Of a DNA stretch of 64,000 nt, positions 57,583 to 64,000 are shown in pieces (position 1 is the first letter of the stretch; each line of letters opens with the position of its first letter). The translations under genes and the position numbers were made by a program. The notes beneath the pieces were generated by a model. That model was given only the letters and a program-made list of their open reading frames with translations. It did no database searches and was not told where the DNA came from. Source of the stretch: Patescibacteria group bacterium (lineage in GTDB: Bacteria > Patescibacteriota > Minisyncoccia > UBA9983); NCBI GenBank assembly GCA_018895015.1, contig JAHIOX010000003.1, positions 962 through 64,961 on the forward strand. The letters are read 5' to 3'.

Positions 57583-59145
57583 TTATTCCTCTTTAACAAA
57601 AACAATTACTTTGTCGCCTTGGTTTATTCCTTCAAGAATTTCAATATTGCCTTCGGTATCTCTGATCCCGATTTTTACGCTGACTTCTTTTACATTTTCC
57701 CCGTCAAGTACGCGCGCGGTCTTGCCATTGTTTTTATCGATCACCGCCCTTTGCGGAATCGCGAATACCGCTTGTCTTTCCGCGGTAACAATATCAACAT
57801 TAGCTGTCATGCCTGGCTTTACGCGATCGTCCTCTTTAATGAACTGCATTGTTATCTTATAAGTGGCGACGCCTTCAATAATGGTTTCTGCCGGGTCAAT
57901 CGCGACGACAATCGCCTCAAACAAAACATCGTCGCTGTAAGCGTCAAGCGTAACTTTCGCTTTGTCGCCGATTTTTACTTTAGCAATGTCCGCTTCCGGA
58001 ACATTCGCTTCAATTTCGTATTTCGCGTCGCTCACAACGGAAACCAGCGCGCTGTTAGCTGAAACAATCTCGCCGACTTTGGCATCCTGCTTTGTAATAA
58101 CCCCATTTATCGGAGACGCTATAACGCCTTTTTCAATCTGCGCTTGAATAACTTGAATCTTTGCTTCGGCCTGGCCCACCTGCGCTTCTTGCGCCGCAAT
58201 CTGTTCAAGCGTGGCGCCCGCCTTTTTCAAAAGCAGTTCGTTTCCCGCCAGCATAAGGCTTGACTGGGCTGTTTTAAATTTTTCATCCGCTGAAGAAAGA
58301 TTGACAATGGCTGTGTTTATATTAGTTCGCGCGGTGGAAATATCGCTCTTATAAGCGTCCAAAGTCGTTTTGCTGAGAGTGGAATCAACCATAAGCGCGT
58401 TCACGCCAAACGCGAGCAAATCCAAATAATTTCTTACTGCTTCCAAATTCTTTTTAAAATCCTCGGTATAAAATTCAGGATTTCCGGAAACGTTAATCGC
58501 GTTTGCCGACGCCTGCCATTTTGCCAATGATTGCTCCAAATTAAAACGAGCCCATTCCACTTCATTCTCTTTGTAAAATCCCATGAAATTAATTTGCGGA
58601 TTCGCCGTTCTCGGGTTGCTGAATAATTGGTCTGTTTTGCCCCTGATGGCGTCGTCAGACTTTGTATAAGCGTCTTGCAATTTATCCGCCAGATTTATTC
58701 TCGCGTCTTGGAGAGAAACTTTTGCATTATCAACTTTTGTTTCCGCTACTTTGATTTCTTCAGGCCTTACGCCTTTTTTCAGCTCTTCAAGTTTGGCTTT
58801 TTGATACGCGACATTTGTTTCGGCTTCGTTTCTCTGCGCGATTAGCTCGCTCGCGTCAAGTTGCGCCAGCGCCTGCCCGGCAAAAACATTGTCGCCAACT
58901 TTAACATTCACCCAACCAATCCGCCCCATTTTTTCAAACGCCAAGCTAACCTCTTTAGCCGGCTTTACGCGGCCCGTCACGCTTACCTCCTGAACAATGT
59001 CGCGCCTTTCAGCGATTATATAATCATAAGGGCTGGCATTTTTACCTTTAAAATACGCGTACGCCCAATAAGAAGAAGCCGCGATAATTATTAAAATAAC
59101 AATAAGCGCCGGTTTTTTTATCATGTTCGTAATGTGTGTTTTCAT
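57583..59145 (-). CDS. MacA/HlyD-type adaptor subunit
   Basis: TM, VKVGD, long coiled coil, SPING, KPGMT. Confidence 0.9.
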   Translation of the reverse strand: MKTHITNMIKKPALIVILIIIAASSYWAYAYFKGKNASPYDYIIAERRDIVQEVSVTGRVKPAKEVSLAFEKMGRIGWVNVKVGDNVFAGQALAQLDASELIAQRNEAETNVAYQKAKLEELKKGVRPEEIKVAETKVDNAKVSLQDARINLADKLQDAYTKSDDAIRGKTDQLFSNPRTANPQINFMGFYKENEVEWARFNLEQSLAKWQASANAINVSGNPEFYTEDFKKNLEAVRNYLDLLAFGVNALMVDSTLSKTTLDAYKSDISTARTNINTAIVNLSSADEKFKTAQSSLMLAGNELLLKKAGATLEQIAAQEAQVGQAEAKIQVIQAQIEKGVIASPINGVITKQDAKVGEIVSANSALVSVVSDAKYEIEANVPEADIAKVKIGDKAKVTLDAYSDDVLFEAIVVAIDPAETIIEGVATYKITMQFIKEDDRVKPGMTANVDIVTAERQAVFAIPQRAVIDKNNGKTARVLDGENVKEVSVKIGIRDTEGNIEILEGINQGDKVIVFVKEE

Positions 59146-59216
59146 CTTTTTATTATATAATTGTTTTGATAAAATGCAAAAACGTGATAAGATGTAAAGT
59201 AAATCAATATTAGCTT

Positions 59217-60464
59217 ATGGATTTATTCAGCGAATTAAAAGAACGGGGCTTAATATACCAAGTTTCCAACGAAGAAGAAGCAAAAAAAATCTTTGGGCAA
59301 AAGGGCTCTTATTTTTATATTGGCTTTGACGCCACCGGGCCCAGTTTGCATGTCGGCAATCTTCTCGCGATTATTTTCGCCAAACGGCTTGAGAACGCCG
59401 GACTTAAACCGATTATTTTAATCGGCGGAGCCACCGGCATGATAGGCGACCCAAGCGGAAAAGCGCAAGAAAGAATTTTGAACACCGAGCAAGATGTCAA
59501 AAAATTCGCCGTTTCAATAAAAAAACAGCTATTAAATTTTTTCAGCGCCAAAAACGCCAAAATTTTAAACAACTGCGATTGGATCAAAAATCTTTCCGTG
59601 ATAAATTTTTTGCGCGATATTGGTAAAAACTTCAGCGTTAACGAAATGCTTGCCAAAGAATCAGTGGCGGCCAGATTAAAAACAGGGATTTCTTTTACCG
59701 AATTCAGCTATATGGTTTTACAAGCGTATGATTTTCTCGCTCTTTTTAAAAAATACGGGTGCAAACTGCAAATCGGCGGCTCTGACCAATGGGGCAACAT
59801 AACAGCAGGGCTGGAATTGATAAGAAAATCGGCGGGAGGAGAAGCGCTCGGCCTGACCGTTCCTTTAATCACAAAAAACGGCGGCGCCAAATTCGGGAAA
59901 ACAGAGGAAGGCGCGGTATGGCTGGACCATAAACTCACATCCCCTTATCATTTTTATCAATTTTGGCTTAACACGGACGACAAAGACGCGGTTAAATTTT
60001 TAAAATATTTTACTTTTCTGGCGCTTGAAGAAATAGAAAAATTAAAACAGACGCTTGAAAACAATCCGGAAAAAAGAGAAGCGCAAAAAATTCTAGGAAA
60101 AGAAATTACGATTTTTGCCCACGGAGAAAACGCTTTTAAAAGGGCTGAGAAAATATCCGGCTTGTTGTTTCGCGGAAAAATCAAAGAATTAAGCGAAAGC
60201 GAACTTAAAGAAGCGTTCGGAGGATTGGCTGGAGAAAGAATGGGGAAATTTGAAGAAATGAACATCGCGGATTTTCTAGTTTTGTCAAAAGCATCCGGCT
60301 CAAAACGCCAGGCCCGCGAAGACATAACAAACGGCGCGATTGAGCTGAACGGAAATGAAATAAAAGACTTGAATTATTTTGTGGCGAAAAAAGACGCGCT
60401 TTTCGGGAAATACATAGTCATCAAACGCGGCAAGCGCGACTATTTTGCGGTGGAAATAAAATAA
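59217..60464 (+). CDS. tyrS: Tyrosine-tRNA ligase
   Basis: YIGFDAT..LHVGN, QIGGSDQWGNI, KFGKT. Confidence 0.97.
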   Translation: MDLFSELKERGLIYQVSNEEEAKKIFGQKGSYFYIGFDATGPSLHVGNLLAIIFAKRLENAGLKPIILIGGATGMIGDPSGKAQERILNTEQDVKKFAVSIKKQLLNFFSAKNAKILNNCDWIKNLSVINFLRDIGKNFSVNEMLAKESVAARLKTGISFTEFSYMVLQAYDFLALFKKYGCKLQIGGSDQWGNITAGLELIRKSAGGEALGLTVPLITKNGGAKFGKTEEGAVWLDHKLTSPYHFYQFWLNTDDKDAVKFLKYFTFLALEEIEKLKQTLENNPEKREAQKILGKEITIFAHGENAFKRAEKISGLLFRGKIKELSESELKEAFGGLAGERMGKFEEMNIADFLVLSKASGSKRQAREDITNGAIELNGNEIKDLNYFVAKKDALFGKYIVIKRGKRDYFAVEIK

Positions 60465-60469
60465 AAAAC

Positions 60470-60490
60470 GGGGAAGCAAACTGCTTCCCC
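60470..60490. terminator. Terminator between convergent genes
   Basis: GGGGAAGCA-aac-TGCTTCCCC. Confidence 0.7.
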
Positions 60491-60506
60491 TTAATAATTA
60501 AATATT

Positions 60507-60791
60507 TCAACAAGTTTTTACGGCGTACCATCGCGGCTCGCCGTAAAAATGACCTCCTGGATTCTTATAATAATCCGGAAACTCAACGAACTTCGCCCAA
60601 AGCGGGACAGATAGAAAAGTTCCTCTTTTTGTTTTTATATTGCCTATTTCTCCATTAATAGAAGCAAAAAAAGAAATTTCCCCGGCGCGCACATACACGT
60701 GCGAAACCTCTGATAAAATCCGGTATTTTTTCCGCGGATCTATCTCCATTTTCCTGCGACTCCCGTTCTTGACCAACCTAAATCCTTTCAT
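60507..60791 (-). CDS. Hypothetical protein
   Basis: GGAGG SD; ATG overlaps the upstream stop (ATGA). Confidence 0.55.
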   Translation of the reverse strand: MKGFRLVKNGSRRKMEIDPRKKYRILSEVSHVYVRAGEISFFASINGEIGNIKTKRGTFLSVPLWAKFVEFPDYYKNPGGHFYGEPRWYAVKTC

Positions 60792-61354
60792 ACCATCCTC
60801 CTTTCTTCTTTTTTTGCCAATCTTCCTATTATCGCTCCGTGAAGAGCAATAATAGAAAATATCAACATCGCAAAAATCGCGATTTCTATGCTGGCTACTT
60901 CCAGAATAGCCAAGGTGGCGCAAAACAAATGCCCTGCCTGGCGTGTTTTGCCGTAAAGATGGCACATTTTGCGATTATCCACAGGCATGCCTATATGCAA
61001 AAGCATAACCTGTATTTCAAAAACAAAAATCGCAAGAATTGCAAGGCCAACAAAACTATCGCTAGATTTCCGCGCTAAATGCAAAAGAACAGCGAGCATC
61101 AACGCGCGATCTCTCGCAGGGTCAAGAATTTCGCCAATGATAGTTTCCTGCTTTAAAAATCTGGCAGAAATGCCGTCTAGCGCGTCTGTCATTCCGGCTA
61201 AAAACAAAAACAACAAAATTACGCCCGCACTGGAACCGCAGAAAAAAGATTTAACATACAGGCCAATAAAAATAAAGCCTGATGCTGTAATTAAGTTCGG
61301 AATTGTCCAAATTGCGCTTTTGTCCTTTGGCGCGAAAATTCCTTTCTCATTCAT
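60788..61354 (-). CDS. CDP-alcohol phosphatidyltransferase
   Basis: TIPNLIT, DALDGISAR..GEILDPARD. Confidence 0.88.
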   Translation of the reverse strand: MNEKGIFAPKDKSAIWTIPNLITASGFIFIGLYVKSFFCGSSAGVILLFLFLAGMTDALDGISARFLKQETIIGEILDPARDRALMLAVLLHLARKSSDSFVGLAILAIFVFEIQVMLLHIGMPVDNRKMCHLYGKTRQAGHLFCATLAILEVASIEIAIFAMLIFSIIALHGAIIGRLAKKEERRMV

Positions 61355-61466
61355 TGCTAATCACCTTCCTTTTTTCGCTTCCGCCGATTGGCGGATGGCG
61401 GATTAAATTTTCAAAAATGCTTTATTTAAGATTAAACACTTAAAAAGTCAAAAAGTCAACTATTTA

Positions 61467-62165
61467 TTATTTGCCAAATCTGCGCTGGCGGTTTTGAAAT
61501 TCTTCTATCGCCTCTTCCAAATCTTTTTCGCTGAAATCAGGCCACATTTTTGGAGAAAAATATATCTCCGAATAAACCCCCTGCCACGGAAGAAAACCCG
61601 AAAGCCGCTGTTCTCCGCTGGTGCGTATAATCATATCCGGGTCTGGCTGGCCGGCGGTATAAACATATTTGTTAAAAATTTCTTCGTTCATTTCTTCAGG
61701 CGCGATTTTTGCTTCAATTATTTTTTTAACGGTATCAACAATTTCCTGCCTTCCGCCATAACTTATCGCGAGATTCAAAGTCTCTCCAGTGTTATTTTTC
61801 GTGATTTCCATCACTTCTCTTGCCAATCTTCGCAAATTTTTCGGCAAGCGTTCAATTTGGCCCATGATGTTAAGCTTAATATCGTTATTGATAAAAAAGT
61901 CCTTTTCTTTTTCAAGACAATATTCTAAAAGCTTCATTAAATAAGAAACCTCTTCCTCGCTTCTTTTCCAGTTTTCAGTGGAAAAAGCGTAAATCGTAAG
62001 ATGCTTCACTTCAAGCTCGCGGCACCTTTTGGCAATTTTCTTAAAATTTTCATACCCGGCCCGATGGCCTTCCAGCGTAGGCAGCCCGCGTTGTTTCGCC
62101 CACCTGCGATTGCCGTCCATTATAATAGCGATGTGTTTAATTTTTTTATCTTTTTCGTCAGTCAT
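61467..62165 (-). CDS. uppS: Undecaprenyl diphosphate synthase
   Basis: IIMDGNRRWA, YAFSTENWKR, RTSGEQRLS. Confidence 0.97.
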   Translation of the reverse strand: MTDEKDKKIKHIAIIMDGNRRWAKQRGLPTLEGHRAGYENFKKIAKRCRELEVKHLTIYAFSTENWKRSEEEVSYLMKLLEYCLEKEKDFFINNDIKLNIMGQIERLPKNLRRLAREVMEITKNNTGETLNLAISYGGRQEIVDTVKKIIEAKIAPEEMNEEIFNKYVYTAGQPDPDMIIRTSGEQRLSGFLPWQGVYSEIYFSPKMWPDFSEKDLEEAIEEFQNRQRRFGK

Positions 62166-63090
62166 GTTTATTGTTTATTGCCAGCCAAAAAATAACGGCT
62201 ATCCCCAAAGACAAAATGATAGGCAAAATATTTTTCTTCAGCCAAATTTTTAAATCAAATTTTTGCTTTGGAGTTATTTTTTCAAAAAATTTTCTTGTTT
62301 CTTTTTCAAGCTCCTCCTTGCCTAAAATTGCTTTAAGCTTTCCGTTATGCGCCAAAGAAACAGCGCCTCTTTCTTCAGAAACAACAAGGCAAAGCGCGTC
62401 TGTTTTTTCCGAAAGGCCCAGCGCGGCGCGATGCCTTGTGCCGAATTTTTTAACTGATTCTATTTTTTCCGCGAGCGGAAGATGAACGCCAAACCGCTTA
62501 ATCTTATCTCCTTCAACAATTGCGGCGCCGTCATGCCCCGGAGAATTTTTATCAAAAATGCTTAGCAAAATCGGCTCGGAAATTTTTCCGTTAAGAAAAA
62601 AACCGCCGTCAACGTATCGCTCAACCGGCGTTTTGCCAGAAAAAACAATCAGCGCTCCGGTATTGGCTTGCGCGAAACTCCATACAACCCGCAAGATTAT
62701 TTTCAGCGCGTCTTCCGAAGTCGCCAAAAACTTTCTTCTGATTCCTAAAATTCCTATCATTTCAAAAAATCTTCTTAGCTCTTTTTGGAAAACAATAAGC
62801 ATAACGATCAAAAACGCCCCGAAAAAATATTTAAAAATTATTTGGGTCAGCGTAAGATTAAAAAACAAAGCCATTCCGTAAACTAAAATCATCGCGAAAA
62901 TACCCATGATAATCGGTATTGATTTTGTTTTTATAAAAAGCATCAAAACCGCGTATGTTATGATAGCGACAACCGCAATGTCAAAAATATCCTTAAATTG
63001 AAAAACCGAAATAATATCTCCGACTTTAGAAAATACAACTCCGGCCGTGTTTGTTCCATTGCTTATATGATTTAGCGCCTCAGAAAACAT
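62158..63090 (-). CDS. cdaA: Membrane diadenylate cyclase
   Basis: 3 TMs, VFQKELRR, HDGA, GTRHRAA, VSEE. Confidence 0.9.
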   Translation of the reverse strand: MFSEALNHISNGTNTAGVVFSKVGDIISVFQFKDIFDIAVVAIITYAVLMLFIKTKSIPIIMGIFAMILVYGMALFFNLTLTQIIFKYFFGAFLIVMLIVFQKELRRFFEMIGILGIRRKFLATSEDALKIILRVVWSFAQANTGALIVFSGKTPVERYVDGGFFLNGKISEPILLSIFDKNSPGHDGAAIVEGDKIKRFGVHLPLAEKIESVKKFGTRHRAALGLSEKTDALCLVVSEERGAVSLAHNGKLKAILGKEELEKETRKFFEKITPKQKFDLKIWLKKNILPIILSLGIAVIFWLAINNKHD

Positions 63091-63109
63091 TTTTCAATCA
63101 TACCATTTT

Positions 63110-63868
63110 TTAAAAAAATAGAGAAATCGCGAAGAAAATAACGCTGGCAAAAATGATTAGCGGACCGGCCGCGAATCCCGTAATCGCGGACAATGCAACT
63201 CCCAAAACACAGCTCAAAATACCCAAAGCGAGCGCGCCCCAGGAATACTGGAACAAATTGCGGCTCAATTTTTTGGAGGCGGCGGCCGGAGTTATGACCA
63301 GCGCGCCTATCAAAAGCGAACCCGCCACTTTTATTCCAAGCGCGACGATGACCGCGATCGCCAAAAGATAAATCAAGTTATATTTTTTTATTTTTATATT
63401 GTTAGAAACGGCAAGGTCTTCCGATATGGACGAAATTATCAGTTTGGGATAAATGGAATATATAATCGCGACTACGCCGATACTTAACACAGCGGAGATA
63501 ATCGTATCCAACAAAGACACGCTTGATATATCGCCGACCAAAGCGTGAAGCAATTCGTGTTCCGGCGTAACCAAAAACCCGATTGCCAGACTTAAAACGA
63601 AAATAACTCCAACCAAAGATTCAGTCGGCAAATCCGTCCGCCCTTCCAAAAGCCATATCAGCAAAATTCCAAGCAAAAGAAAAATAAAAGCTCCATACGA
63701 TACATTAAACCCCCATAGCAATGCCAATCCAATGCCCGGCAAAGCGACATGGCCAAGCGCGTCTCCTACCAGCGCCATCCTTTTTGTAATCATCAGCGAC
63801 CCAAGGTAGCCGGCGGCTCCGCCGACAAAAATCGCCGTTATTAAACTGTATAAATAATCAATGGCCAT
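63110..63868 (-). CDS. Zn/Mn ABC permease (ZnuB-like)
   Basis: MALVGDALGHVALPG, GSLLIGAL..PAA. Confidence 0.9.
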   Translation of the reverse strand: MAIDYLYSLITAIFVGGAAGYLGSLMITKRMALVGDALGHVALPGIGLALLWGFNVSYGAFIFLLLGILLIWLLEGRTDLPTESLVGVIFVLSLAIGFLVTPEHELLHALVGDISSVSLLDTIISAVLSIGVVAIIYSIYPKLIISSISEDLAVSNNIKIKKYNLIYLLAIAVIVALGIKVAGSLLIGALVITPAAASKKLSRNLFQYSWGALALGILSCVLGVALSAITGFAAGPLIIFASVIFFAISLFF

Positions 63869-64000
63869 GGTTATGTTTGTATAATTTTATTTCTCCGCCG
63901 TAAAGCCGGTTTAAGCTATCCCCGCCTAACACCTCCTGCGGCGCGCCATAACAGACGGCTTTTTTATTCAAGCAAAGAACGCTGTCCGCAAACTTATAAA
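63858..64000 (-). CDS. 3' end of metal ABC ATP-binding protein (partial)
   Basis: ADSVLCLNKK..GAPQEVL..LYG..YKHNHGH*. Confidence 0.8.
   Translation of the reverse strand, partial: YKFADSVLCLNKKAVCYGAPQEVLGGDSLNRLYGGEIKLYKHNHGH

Noticed and set aside
276-63371. Many 60-200 aa ORFs antisense or out of frame to identified genes (e.g. 12290-12853, 47357-47953)
   Set aside because: They are shadows of well-supported genes, with no motifs or initiation signals.
1-64000. Alternative genetic code (UGA=Gly as in Gracilibacteria/SR1)
   Set aside because: Conserved genes are full length in code 11, and cysS ends properly at TGA.

Overview
The window looks like the chromosome of a reduced-genome Patescibacteria/Parcubacteria-type (CPR) bacterium. 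This is inferred from gene content, short aaRS variants and very short leaders. It uses the standard genetic code. Core genes include six aminoacyl-tRNA synthetases (cysS, aspS, alaS, leuS, trpS, tyrS), dnaB, recR, rplU, grpE-dnaK-dnaJ, the infA-rpmJ-rpsM-rpsK-rpsD-rpoA-rplQ-rplM-rpsI cluster, mnmA, mltG, ychF, nfo, tRNA-Ala(TGC), a MacAB-like exporter, uppS, a diadenylate cyclase and a Zn/Mn ABC transporter. Accessory patches lie at about 6.3-8.8, 13.7-21.5, 23.1-26.1, 28.6-32.1 and 51.2-53.6 kb. Two unannotated sequence systems stand out. (1) Nine intergenic 36-46 bp dyad sites have an exactly centred 8-bp core GCGAT(A/C)(G/A)C. They sit next to gene ends and bracket accessory modules in pairs, including a PaaX/Cas2-like gene, and one site looks like an excision hybrid. 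This is a candidate site-specific cassette system. (2) Several families of palindromic and tandem micro-repeats sit in frame inside essential genes, notably a ~40-bp AAGT-loop hairpin in CysRS, AlaRS, LeuRS and MnmA. Also found: an unannotated 42-aa Cys-rich RiPP-like peptide behind a duplicated tRNA promoter, a sigma-region-2-like mini protein, a methyltransferase/reductase/7TM-kinase operon and a structured ncRNA candidate. All calls come from reading the sequence; no searches were run.
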